A stretch of DNA of 64,000 bases, from assembly GCA_021108035.1 (NCBI GenBank), contig JAIORQ010000100.1:20210-84209 (forward strand), read 5' to 3'. How positions within the stretch are numbered: position 1 is the first letter of the stretch; every line of letters starts with the position of its first letter. Source of the stretch: Bacteroidales bacterium (GTDB lineage: Bacteria; Bacteroidota; Bacteroidia; Bacteroidales; JAADGE01). Positions 28,339 to 37,401 of this stretch are shown one piece after another. The translations under genes were made by a program, and so were the position numbers. Under the pieces are notes generated by a model. It saw only the letters and a list, made by a program, of their open reading frames with translations, did no database searches and was not told where the DNA came from.

Positions 28339-30906
28339 TTAACCGCATTTAGAATATCCGCAAGATTGACAAATCAAACAACCTTCTTGATATACTAAAG
28401 TATCAGAGCCGCATTCAGTGCAGATTTTGCCTTTTTTGGCTTTTGTTCCGTCAGGGATATACATTTTTAAAGCTCTTTCAATACCTTTTTTCCATGTGTT
28501 AATAGTATCTGTTCCGAATTGCAGTGAAGATATAAGGTTCACGGCATGTTCAACGGGCATACCGTGTCTTAAAACTCCGGAAATCAATTTCGCATAGTTC
28601 CAAAATTCCGGATTAAATTTATAAGACAGACCTTCAATTGTTATGTTGAAACCGAACTTATTAGTATATTTAAAATCATATCTTTTAGAACTGTTATCAA
28701 ATCTTTGTTTTATAATTTTTCCTCTTGTTATAGATTTCGGAATAGGTAAGGCATCAGCTTCTGCACGACCGGAAAATATTTCATAAGGCAGACCGTCTTT
28801 AATTCCTATAAATGCAATCCATTCTTCATCATTATTACTGAAATGAATAACATCAGCTTTTAATTCTTTTGGTCTTTTTGAATGTTCTTTAATTTCATTT
28901 GCAGTTTTTTTCTTTTTTTCTTTTGCAGAAATTAAAACACCGTCCCGAGAGCCGTCTCTATATACAGTAACACCTTTGCAACCACTTTTCCATGCTTCAA
29001 GATATACATCGCCGACCAACTTAACGGAAACATCTTTCGGCAAATTAACGGTAACACTAATAGAGTGATCAACCCATTTTTGAACACTTCCTTGAAGTCT
29101 TACTTTGCTTATCCAATCTACATCATTTGAAGTTGCTTTATAATAGGGAGAATCTTTAATTAACTTTTCAATTTCTTTATTATCAAGAAGTTTTGCTTCT
29201 TCTGAATTTATTCCGTTTGTTTCCAACCAAGTAATAAACTTATGATGAAATACATTATATTCTTCCCAAGAATCGCCTGTTTCATCAACAAAATTAACAG
29301 TAACATTCTGATCATTAGGATTAACTTTTCTTCGTCTTTTATAGAAGGGTAAAAATACAGGCTCAATACCTGATGTTGTTTGTGAAAGAATACTTGTGGA
29401 ACCTGTCGGAGCAATAGTCAGCAAAGAAATATTTCTTCTGCCGTGTTCTTGCATTTCTTCATAAAGTTTAGGATCTGCTTTTTTGATGCGATCAATGAAA
29501 GGATTTTCTTTTTCTTTTCCGGCATCAAAAAGCTCAAAAGCACCTCGATCTTTTGCCATTTCAACAGATGATCGATATGCTTCAACAGCGAGTGTTTTAT
29601 GTACAAGAACAGAAAAGTCCGTAGCATTTTCACTTCCGTATCTTAAATTTAATGCCGCCAACATGTCTCCTTCTGCTGTTATTCCTACTCCGGTTCTTCT
29701 GCCTTTAACGGCTTTTTCTTTAATTTTTTCCCATAAGTTTCTTTCGGTTCTTTTAATTTCTTCTGATTCCGGGTCTGAACCAATTTTTGCAAGAATATCG
29801 TCAATTTTCTCAAGCTCAAGGTCAATTATATCGTCCATAATTCGTTGAGCATATCTTGCATGTTGTTTAAATTTGTCAAAATTGAATTTCGCATCTGCAG
29901 AGAAAGGATTATCAACATAGCTGTATAAATTAACGGCGAGTAACCTGCAACTGTCATAAGGACAAAGCGGTATTTCACCGCAAGGATTAGTAGAAACGGT
30001 TTCAAAACCATGTTCTGCATAGCAGTCTGCAACAGATTCATTAATAACTGTATCCCAGAAAAGAATTCCCGGTTCGGCTGATTTCCAAGCGTTATTTATG
30101 ATTTTTTTCCATAATTTACGAGGATTGATTACTTTTTTTGTTACAGGATTATCAGAATTAACAGGATATTGTTGTTGATACGGTTTATTATCAATCACTG
30201 CTTTCATAAATTCATGATCAATTTTTACGGAAACATTGGCTCCCGTAACTTTTCCCGCTTCTAATTTAGCATCTATGAAATTTTCTGCATCCGGATGTTT
30301 AATTGAAATAGACAACATTAATGCACCTCTTCTGCCGTCTTGTGCAACTTCACGTGTTGAATTTGAGTATCTTTCCATAAAGGGAATAACACCGGTAGAT
30401 GTTAAAGCACTGTTGCTTACCGGACTTCCTTTCGGACGTATATGAGACAGGTCGTGACCAACGCCGCCTCTTCGTTTCATCAACTGAACTTGTTCTTGAT
30501 CAATCTTCAGAATGCCGCCGTATGAATCAGCCGGATTTTCTTCACCTATAACAAAACAATTTGACAATGAAACCGCTTGAAATTTATTTCCGATACCTGA
30601 CATCGGGCTTCCGGCAGGAATAATATATTTAAAATTCTTTATAAGGTCATAAATTTCGTTTTCGCTTAAAGGATTAGGATATTTTTGTTCAATTCGGGAG
30701 ATTTCTTTTGCAAGTCTTCTGTGCATTTCATCTGGGCTCTTTTCGTATATATTACCGAAAGAATCCTTCAATGCATATTTGCTTGTCCAAACACGCGCAG
30801 CGAGTTCATCGCCTTTAAAATATTTTAATGCTTCTTGATAAGCTTCGTCAAAGGTAAAACCTACTCTTTTAGACACAGAAGAGTAAGTTGAAGTTTTTAC
30901 TTGCAT
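28339..30906 (-). CDS. nrdJ: Adenosylcobalamin-dependent (class II) ribonucleotide reductase
   Basis: SLSNCFV, STNPCGEIPLCPYDSCRL, TIAPTGS, TTSGIEP, GCKGVTVYRDGSR, C-terminal CTECG...CLICQSCGYSKC; no adjacent nrdB/nrdG. Confidence 0.96.
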   Translation of the reverse strand: MQVKTSTYSSVSKRVGFTFDEAYQEALKYFKGDELAARVWTSKYALKDSFGNIYEKSPDEMHRRLAKEISRIEQKYPNPLSENEIYDLIKNFKYIIPAGSPMSGIGNKFQAVSLSNCFVIGEENPADSYGGILKIDQEQVQLMKRRGGVGHDLSHIRPKGSPVSNSALTSTGVIPFMERYSNSTREVAQDGRRGALMLSISIKHPDAENFIDAKLEAGKVTGANVSVKIDHEFMKAVIDNKPYQQQYPVNSDNPVTKKVINPRKLWKKIINNAWKSAEPGILFWDTVINESVADCYAEHGFETVSTNPCGEIPLCPYDSCRLLAVNLYSYVDNPFSADAKFNFDKFKQHARYAQRIMDDIIDLELEKIDDILAKIGSDPESEEIKRTERNLWEKIKEKAVKGRRTGVGITAEGDMLAALNLRYGSENATDFSVLVHKTLAVEAYRSSVEMAKDRGAFELFDAGKEKENPFIDRIKKADPKLYEEMQEHGRRNISLLTIAPTGSTSILSQTTSGIEPVFLPFYKRRRKVNPNDQNVTVNFVDETGDSWEEYNVFHHKFITWLETNGINSEEAKLLDNKEIEKLIKDSPYYKATSNDVDWISKVRLQGSVQKWVDHSISVTVNLPKDVSVKLVGDVYLEAWKSGCKGVTVYRDGSRDGVLISAKEKKKKTANEIKEHSKRPKELKADVIHFSNNDEEWIAFIGIKDGLPYEIFSGRAEADALPIPKSITRGKIIKQRFDNSSKRYDFKYTNKFGFNITIEGLSYKFNPEFWNYAKLISGVLRHGMPVEHAVNLISSLQFGTDTINTWKKGIERALKMYIPDGTKAKKGKICTECGSDTLVYQEGCLICQSCGYSKCG

Positions 30907-30986
30907 CCGAATAAATAATTTAACAGTGGTAAAAAAGGTTTACCAAAAGTAGTTTAAATCCGGCTTTAGAAAAAGTTCGGTTATTA

Positions 30987-31013
30987 AAAAAGGGTCTGTT
31001 AATAACCCTTTTT
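30987..31013. terminator. Hairpin between tdh and nrdJ (terminator or regulatory)
   Basis: AAAAAGGGT / ACCCTTTTT perfect 9-bp stem. Confidence 0.55.
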
Positions 31014-31047
31014 CAGTTGAAAATCAAGAAGTAAATCTGTTAATAAC
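30995..31047. promoter_or_regulatory. 12-bp direct repeat TCTGTTAATAAC upstream of nrdJ, putative operator
   Basis: Identical copies at 30995-31006 and 31036-31047, 41 bp apart. Confidence 0.55.
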
Positions 31048-31131
31048 TTTAAATTAACATTTGGTTGTTTTTTTACAGCCAAAACGAATTTGCAGTTTTT
31101 TAGAATACAAACTTTAAAAAAACTTTAATTA

Positions 31132-32088
31132 TCATTTAGAACTGAACTTTGTTCGAACTCCCTCTAACATGGTGTTGGTCAGTTTTGTAATATTATATTT
31201 GGTTTCTAAGCCCCAATCTTTTTGAGCTTGAGAATCATCAATACTTTGCGGCCAAGATTCTGCAATCGGTTGTCTGAAATCCGGATTATAAGTAATTTTA
31301 AAATCAGGAAGATGCTTTTTTATTTCAGCAGCAATTCCTTTTGGTGCAAAACTAATTCCGCCGACATTATAACTTGAGCGAATTTTGATGTTTTCTTTCG
31401 GTGCTTCCATAAGTTTAATTGTAGCATTTACGGCGTCTTCCATAAACATCATCGGTAAAGCAGTATCTTCTTTTAAGAAACATTCGTAATTACCGTTTTT
31501 AATTGCTTCATAAAAAATTTCAACAGCATAATCAGTTGTTCCTCCACCGGCTTCAGTTTTATAACTTATCAAACCGGGATACCTTATACTTCTTACATCA
31601 ACATCATATTGATTATAAAAATATTCGCACCATCTTTCTCCGGCAAGCTTACTGATACCGTAAACCGTAGAAGGCTCTGTAATAGTAAGTTGGGAGGTGT
31701 TAACACGAGGCGTTGTGGGACCGAAAACAGCAATTGAACTTGGCCAAAAAACCTTTTTAATATCTTCTACAACTTTGGCTAAATCCAAAATATTCAACAA
31801 ACTTTGCATGTTAATATGCCAAGCTTGCAGTGGAAGTTTTTCTGCATTACCGGATAATACAGCAGCCAAATGATAGATTTGTGTGATTTTATGACGTATA
31901 ACGTAATGTATCAAACGTTTATCGTCCATAACGTCTAATATTGCAGAAGGGCCGGCTTTTTTAATATCTTTCGGGATGTCTTTAATGTCTGTTGCATAAA
32001 CATTTTCGTTTCCGTGAATTGCTCTCATAGCTGTAACAAGCTCGGAACCAATTTGTCCGGCAGCACCAATAATCAAAATTCTTTCCAT
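31132..32088 (-). CDS. NAD-dependent epimerase/SDR, probable L-threonine 3-dehydrogenase
   Basis: GAAGQIG, PSSIAVFG, YGISK, SIRYPGLIS, GGGTTDYAVEIF, SWPQSIDDS.A..DWG: signature of SDR-type threonine dehydrogenases. Confidence 0.88.
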   Translation of the reverse strand: MERILIIGAAGQIGSELVTAMRAIHGNENVYATDIKDIPKDIKKAGPSAILDVMDDKRLIHYVIRHKITQIYHLAAVLSGNAEKLPLQAWHINMQSLLNILDLAKVVEDIKKVFWPSSIAVFGPTTPRVNTSQLTITEPSTVYGISKLAGERWCEYFYNQYDVDVRSIRYPGLISYKTEAGGGTTDYAVEIFYEAIKNGNYECFLKEDTALPMMFMEDAVNATIKLMEAPKENIKIRSSYNVGGISFAPKGIAAEIKKHLPDFKITYNPDFRQPIAESWPQSIDDSQAQKDWGLETKYNITKLTNTMLEGVRTKFSSK

Positions 32089-32101
32089 ATTTTTTTTTTT
32101 C

Positions 32102-32135
32102 CAAAAGTAAACATTCTAAAGAAATGAAAAGCAAA
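32102..32135 (-). promoter_or_regulatory. Bacteroidota promoter, -33 TTTG and -7 TACTTTTG
   Basis: The minus strand reads TTTG (32135-32132), a 22-nt spacer, then TACTTTTG (32109-32102), just upstream of the ATG at 32088. Confidence 0.6.
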
Positions 32136-32370
32136 AAATAAAAGAAAAATTGTCGTTTAAAAAAACATTACTATTTTTATGTTATTAATGTGTAAATATT
32201 TACTTATGAAACACCCATGAGAACAAAATTTCACACAAAGCAGCATGAATAACAAACCATGTTAATTACTTGCATATAGTTGCAGGTGTTCCTATGTGCA
32301 GAGCAAAACAAATAAAAAATGAAAAGCACCCAATTTGCACAATATTAATTAATTGTAAAAATTTAGACAC

Positions 32371-33018
32371 ATGAAAAGAATTATCTTTATTCAAACTTTA
32401 ATTTTTTTGTTTTTCTTTTCAAACAGTCTTTTTTCTCAACAATATTATAAATTCACTTGTGATATTACAGTTAAAGAGAAAATATCGGAAAAACAATTCT
32501 CACTGACAAAAGGTAAAATTGAATATAACAAATATTCTGACCGAACAGTTCTTAAATTTACTTTTCCCGTAAAAGAAACATGGATTCTCAGCAAAGACAG
32601 CCTTACAAGATTTATTAACGGCAAGCTTGATTATCAAATTCAAACAGCACCTTTGCATAAATATTCTGTTTTCAGGTTATTTCTGAAAGGAACACTGAAA
32701 AATTACGGTTTAAAAGAATCGTTATACAAAATAATTGAAATTGAAGAAAAAGACAACAATTTGATTTATACAACATGGAAGCCTGAAAGAGAAATTGAAA
32801 AATTTGATTTCGGGAAGGTCGTTCTTGCTCAAAAGGATAATAAACTTAACGGAATAGCTTTTTATGATAAAACAGAAAAACTTATAAGTAAACAAATTTT
32901 TAAAGATTATGTGAATTTAAAAGGGCTGTATTTTCCGTTTAAAATTATTCAGATTACATATACACAAAACGGTGAAGAATATAAGATTACCGAATTTAAG
33001 AATATTGTTTTGAAATAA
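32371..33018 (+). CDS. Exported hypothetical protein, possibly LolA-like fold
   Basis: Signal peptide; beta-rich pattern ending in YFPFKIIQITY...ITEFKNIVL, as seen in LolA-like proteins. Fold not verified. Confidence 0.6.
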   Translation: MKRIIFIQTLIFLFFFSNSLFSQQYYKFTCDITVKEKISEKQFSLTKGKIEYNKYSDRTVLKFTFPVKETWILSKDSLTRFINGKLDYQIQTAPLHKYSVFRLFLKGTLKNYGLKESLYKIIEIEEKDNNLIYTTWKPEREIEKFDFGKVVLAQKDNKLNGIAFYDKTEKLISKQIFKDYVNLKGLYFPFKIIQITYTQNGEEYKITEFKNIVLK

Positions 33019-33032
33019 CAGATAGGTTTAAT

Positions 33033-33437
33033 ATGAAAAGAAATTTTATCATACTCTTGCTGTCGGTTTTAGCATTACAAAATCCGATTAAAGCATACGG
33101 ACAAATAAGTGAGGATATAAACAATTTCGAAAAAATTAAAATTTACAAACCTGAAAAAAAGAGAGATTATTCTTATGCAAAAGAACAATTTAAAACTTTT
33201 CAGGTATTGTTTTCGGGGATGTTTTTGTTTTATAAAAATTTTATATCATCGCAAGATAACAGCTCTTGTCCGTTCCGGATTTCCTGTTCGGAATATTTTA
33301 TAAAATCGGTGCAAAAAAAGGGAGTAATACTCGGTTTTTTAAACGGAATAGACAGATATAAAAGATGTAACGGTTTCAGCAATAACAGATACGAAAGGGA
33401 TTATGAAACCGGTAAACTAATTGACCCTGTTGATTAA
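33033..33437 (+). CDS. YidD-like (haemolytic domain) protein with an N-terminal signal/extension
   Basis: FYKNFISSQD..SCPFRISCSEY...KGVILG.L.GIDR..RCN carries the three-Cys YidD signature. Confidence 0.85.
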   Translation: MKRNFIILLLSVLALQNPIKAYGQISEDINNFEKIKIYKPEKKRDYSYAKEQFKTFQVLFSGMFLFYKNFISSQDNSSCPFRISCSEYFIKSVQKKGVILGFLNGIDRYKRCNGFSNNRYERDYETGKLIDPVD

Positions 33438-33565
33438 TTTACATTGAATAATGAACGACAGAGTCCTCACCGCAGGGAATTAAAAAAGGTAGTAAATGTT
33501 GTGGTGCATTTAAAGAATGTAATCAGCACATTTAATAATAAAATTCAAGGAAAGAAAATATTGAT

Positions 33566-33573
33566 TAAATTTG
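33566..33573 (+). promoter_or_regulatory. -7 box (TAAATTTG) of the KilA-N gene
   Basis: TAnnTTTG ending 20 bp before the ATG at 33593. Confidence 0.6.
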
Positions 33574-33592
33574 TCGTATATAAATTATTATT

Positions 33593-34459
33593 ATGAGTAA
33601 AACGACAAAAATACAAGTTGAAGACAAAATAATTTCAATTATAAAGAAAGACCGCCAAGATTACATTTGTTTGACTGATATGGTTCGTGAAGAAGAAGGA
33701 AATGACCATATCCGAAATTGGATGAGAAATAGGAATACTGTTGAATTTCTCGGACTTTGGGAAACTTTACATAACCCAAATTTTAAACCTGTCGAATTCG
33801 ACACCTTTAGAAAACAAGCCGGATTAAACAATTTCAATTTGACACCTAAAAAGTGGATTGAAACTACAAATGCAATTGGTATAACATCTAAATCAGGCAG
33901 ATACGGCGGAACCTATGCACATAAAGATTTAGCCTTTGAATTCGGTGCTTGGATTAGTCCAATGTTCAAACTTCTTCTGATAAAGGAATTTCAAAGGTTA
34001 AAAGAGATTGAAACCAATAAATACAATCTTGAATGGAATGTTAAACGAATATTAAGCAAAACAAATTACCAGATTCATACAGATGCTATTAAGGAGCATA
34101 TTATTCCAAAAAAGAGTTATAGTAAAAGTGTTGAATGGATTGTTTATGCAGAAGAAGCAGACTTGTTGAATGTTGCAATGTATGAATGTACCGCAAAAGA
34201 CTGGAGGGAAGCAAATTCTGAAAACGCAAAAAAAGGGTTGAATATTAGAGATTTTTCAAGTATTAATGAATTAGTAGTGTTATCAAACCTTGAAAATCTA
34301 AATTCCGTTATGATTGCTGAAAACATTAGTAAAGTTGAAAGATTTAAACAACTGAAAAAGGTAGCTGTTTCTCAATTAAACACTTTGGATAATAAGGACT
34401 TTATGAAATCTTTAAAAAGGCTTAATGAAAGAACTTATATTGAAGAAAAGACAAATTAA
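33593..34459 (+). CDS. KilA-N domain DNA-binding protein
   Basis: DYICLTDM, IRNWMRNRNTVEFLGLWE..HNPNFK, SKSGRYGGTYAHKDLAFEFGAWISP.FKL.LIKEFQRLK. Confidence 0.92.
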   Translation: MSKTTKIQVEDKIISIIKKDRQDYICLTDMVREEEGNDHIRNWMRNRNTVEFLGLWETLHNPNFKPVEFDTFRKQAGLNNFNLTPKKWIETTNAIGITSKSGRYGGTYAHKDLAFEFGAWISPMFKLLLIKEFQRLKEIETNKYNLEWNVKRILSKTNYQIHTDAIKEHIIPKKSYSKSVEWIVYAEEADLLNVAMYECTAKDWREANSENAKKGLNIRDFSSINELVVLSNLENLNSVMIAENISKVERFKQLKKVAVSQLNTLDNKDFMKSLKRLNERTYIEEKTN

Positions 34460-34461
34460 AA

Positions 34462-35286
34462 ATGAAGATAAAATATATTTTGTTCTCTGTATTTTTGCTT
34501 TTACAAATAAATTTGTCGGCTCAAAACCTGTTTAATAAAGAAAACTCATTAATCTTTACAAAATATCTTTTTGAAATACATCAATATGAATTTGCAACAA
34601 CAGAACTTGAGAAACTTGTTTTTTTTAATAAATCGGACGATTCACTAAAATACTTATTATTAAAATCATACAGACTTTCGGGACAATATGATAAAGGAAT
34701 TAACAGAGCAAAGAAGTTATATAACAATTTTGAAATTATGCCGATGGTTTCTGCTCCGGAATATACTAAATTATTAATTTCGGCAGATAAATATTCTGAT
34801 GCTCGGGAATTTCTTTCTGTTAATCATAACTTAAAGTATGATGATAATATAAAATTTTCATTACAGATAAATTTACTTGAAAAAAAGTGGCATGCTGCAA
34901 ACGATATTTATCAAGAGAATAAGGAAACGGTACAAGGAATTGAGGCTTATGAATCAATAATATTTCAAGGTATGAATTTAAAGCGAAAAAGTCCTTTTCT
35001 CGCCGGGACTCTTTCAACTTTTGTTCCGGGAATGGGGAAAGTATATACAAGCTATTGGAAAGACGGGTTGCTGGCTTTTATGAGTATAAGTATCAGTTCA
35101 TGGCAATCATATAACGGTTTTCAAACCGACGGAGCTGATTCTGCATACGGGTGGATTTTCGGAACAGTTGCAACAATACTTTATTTTAGTAATATTTATG
35201 GGTCACAAAAATCGGCAAAACGTTATAATTCCGATAATGAAAAAAAAATTATTCATAAGATTAAGTATCATTTGGATACTTTTTAG
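34462..35286 (+). CDS. Exported TPR-like protein with a C-terminal membrane (DUF5683/TM2-like) segment
   Basis: Signal peptide, helical repeats, KSPFLAGTLSTFVPGMGKVY motif, then two hydrophobic helices. Confidence 0.75.
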   Translation: MKIKYILFSVFLLLQINLSAQNLFNKENSLIFTKYLFEIHQYEFATTELEKLVFFNKSDDSLKYLLLKSYRLSGQYDKGINRAKKLYNNFEIMPMVSAPEYTKLLISADKYSDAREFLSVNHNLKYDDNIKFSLQINLLEKKWHAANDIYQENKETVQGIEAYESIIFQGMNLKRKSPFLAGTLSTFVPGMGKVYTSYWKDGLLAFMSISISSWQSYNGFQTDGADSAYGWIFGTVATILYFSNIYGSQKSAKRYNSDNEKKIIHKIKYHLDTF

Positions 35287-36097
35287 TTGGTTTGGATTTT
35301 CTTATTCTCAAAACATTTCAGCAACATTTGAATTAGCTGAAAACAGCTGTAATGCAGGAAATTTTAAAGAAGCAATCTATTATTATCAAAGAATACTTTG
35401 TTTTGGAACTGATGCAGAAAAAACTAAATCTTATATAAACTCGGCAAATTGTTATTTTGAATTATCAGATTATGATAAAGCTTATGAATTATATGAATTA
35501 GCTTATTATACAGTTCAAAATGACAGTCTGAAAAAAGAATTGCTTTTTAAAAAAGCAATAACTCTGTTAAATGAAAAAAGATACAAATTGGCATTGCTTG
35601 AAATACTTGAATTTGACAGTCAGAACGATAAATACTTCACTCTAAAAAAAGAAATTTATCTCGGAATTACTTATTTCCTTTTGGATGAATTTGAAAAATC
35701 AGAAAAACATATTATGAATTATGTGAATCTTTCACATATTGAAAACAGCGAAGAATATGAACAACTTTTTATTGAAAATTCCAAGATTAAAAGAAGTAAA
35801 ATTAAAACAGCCGTTATTTTGAGCAGTATAATACCCGGATTAGGCCAAATGTATGCAGGTGATTTTAAAAATGCAGTAAATTCCGCCTTACTTAATGCAT
35901 CACTTTTAGGAATTGCAATATTAATCGGATATAATTACGGCATAATTGATGCTGTTGTTACAATTTTTCCGTGGTTGTTAAGATATTACTCAGGAGGTAT
36001 GATAAAGGTTGAAAATATTGCTCAAAGGAAAATAGCCGGAGAAAAGCAAAGAATTTACAATGAATTGTTACAATTAATAAAAGAAACCGACAATTAA
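35237..36097 (+). CDS. TPR protein with a C-terminal membrane (DUF5683/TM2-like) segment
   Basis: ATG at 35237 (MKKKLFIRL, signal peptide) preferred over 35168; TPR pattern; AVILSSIIPGLGQMY motif, then hydrophobic helices. Confidence 0.75.
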   Translation: MKKKLFIRLSIIWILFSWFGFSYSQNISATFELAENSCNAGNFKEAIYYYQRILCFGTDAEKTKSYINSANCYFELSDYDKAYELYELAYYTVQNDSLKKELLFKKAITLLNEKRYKLALLEILEFDSQNDKYFTLKKEIYLGITYFLLDEFEKSEKHIMNYVNLSHIENSEEYEQLFIENSKIKRSKIKTAVILSSIIPGLGQMYAGDFKNAVNSALLNASLLGIAILIGYNYGIIDAVVTIFPWLLRYYSGGMIKVENIAQRKIAGEKQRIYNELLQLIKETDN

Positions 36098-36230
36098 GGC
36101 TCTGATATATAATGAGATAAAAAATGAAGACAGAAATAAAAAATAAGATTGACTGTTTTTTTAATCAAGTGCATTGCCCCTTTTTCATAAAACTTTTTAT
36201 AATACAAAAGTAAAAAAACTTTTTTTATTG

Positions 36231-36238
36231 TATATTTG
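36231..36238 (+). promoter_or_regulatory. -7 box (TATATTTG)
   Basis: TAnnTTTG 26 bp before the ATG at 36264; supports that start over 36174. Confidence 0.55.
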
Positions 36239-36263
36239 TATATTAACTCTTAAAACTGACGAA

Positions 36264-36797
36264 ATGAAAAAATTAGTACTATTACCGGTATTTATTTTAA
36301 TTTATTCTTTTTCATTTTCATCTGTAGATTTATTTGAAATTGATACAGAATTGATTGAAAAACAGTTTGAAATCCTGAATATTTTTGAAGAATTGTATGT
36401 TAGCGGAGATGAAAGTTTAATTGATATTGAAAATCAGTCAGAGATTCTCACCGGCAGTATAAAACTTATAGAAGGATTTGAGCTTGTAAAAAGGTCAAAT
36501 GATATGATATCGGGAATACCGATGGTTGTGCACAGTTTACTTTTGGGGCCTGTAGGTATTGTATTAGAAAATTTGAAACCAAATTTAAAAACATGGGCAA
36601 TTGTTGCAATTATAGCGGGAGGAGTTATTATTGCTTCCGGTATTGTTTTTATAATAATTGTTGCATCTACCAGAAGTGCCGGAGAGTCATGCGGAAATGC
36701 TTTAGGTGACAGTTGCGGGAATGCTATAGGCAGCGGTTGCAGCAGCTCTTCTTCGGGATGCAGTTCGGGACTGTCGTATTTGATGAGCGTTTTTTAA
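36264..36797 (+). CDS. Hypothetical membrane protein with a Cys/Gly/Ser-rich C-terminal tail
   Basis: Signal peptide, acidic domain, GIP...LLGPVGIV segment, TM helix, then ESCGNALGDSCGNAIGSGCSSSSSGCSSG. Confidence 0.7.
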   Translation: MKKLVLLPVFILIYSFSFSSVDLFEIDTELIEKQFEILNIFEELYVSGDESLIDIENQSEILTGSIKLIEGFELVKRSNDMISGIPMVVHSLLLGPVGIVLENLKPNLKTWAIVAIIAGGVIIASGIVFIIIVASTRSAGESCGNALGDSCGNAIGSGCSSSSSGCSSGLSYLMSVF

Positions 36798-36823
36798 TAT
36801 CATTAACATATAAATTTGTATTT

Positions 36824-37279
36824 ATGAAAAGGAAGATTTTATTAGTATTTGCAGCATTCTTGGCTGTTGCATTTTTTTACGGACAAGCAAATGCGCAAGC
36901 AGGAAAAATGATTGGTTTATGGAAAACAATTGATGATGAAACCGGAGAAGCTAAATCGCATGTTAAGATTTACAAAGCAAAAACCGGATTTTATTATGGC
37001 AAAGTTATTAAGTTGTTGAAAGAACCCCAAGATAAAAAATGTGAAGAATGTAAAGGAGCTTTAAAAAACAGACCAATTGTCGGAATGGTTATCTTAATTA
37101 AAATGAAAGTTGACGGAGATAAATTAGCAGACGGAAAGATTTTAGATCCCGGAAACGGAAAATTCTATCATTGCACAATGGAGTTAGATTCTAAAAATAA
37201 AGACAAATTAAAATTAAGAGGCTCTCTTGACAGTTGGGGGCTTGCAGGCAGAACACAATATTGGTACCGTGTGAAATAA
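36824..37279 (+). CDS. DUF2147 domain protein
   Basis: ATG 36824 gives a signal peptide; GLWKTIDDETG..KS.V.IY, C..C.G..K..PI.GM.I, GKILDP.NGK.Y, L.LRG...GRTQYW.R. Confidence 0.9.
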   Translation: MKRKILLVFAAFLAVAFFYGQANAQAGKMIGLWKTIDDETGEAKSHVKIYKAKTGFYYGKVIKLLKEPQDKKCEECKGALKNRPIVGMVILIKMKVDGDKLADGKILDPGNGKFYHCTMELDSKNKDKLKLRGSLDSWGLAGRTQYWYRVK

Positions 37280-37306
37280 AAATAATAATTTGAAAATAAT
37301 AAACAG

Positions 37307-37336
37307 AAAGCTGCCCGATATCCGGCAGCTTTTTTA
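37307..37336 (+). terminator. Rho-independent terminator
   Basis: AAAGCTGCC / GGCAGCTTT stem followed by a T run. Confidence 0.85.
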
Positions 37337-37401
37337 ATCCCCTTAACCTCTTTAAAAAGGAGGAGTTAGAATTTTTTGCACACCGATAATAAAAATTTAT
37401 T

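Noticed and set aside
30907-31131. Cobalamin riboswitch or NrdR box upstream of nrdJ
   Set aside because: No B12-box or conserved riboswitch core is visible, and no NrdR-type palindrome was found.
32089-32370. Possible small RNA or ORF in the tdh divergent gap
   Set aside because: Only very short ORFs and a weak ACTTGCA/TGCAGGT hairpin; not distinguishable from ordinary promoter DNA.
33495-33512. GTTGTGGTGCATT as an integron attC-like core site before the KilA-N gene
   Set aside because: No complementary inverse core site was found upstream or after the gene, and no integrase is in the window.
37337-37370. REP-like purine/pyrimidine palindrome after the DUF2147 terminator
   Set aside because: Degenerate, single copy in the window, weak pairing.
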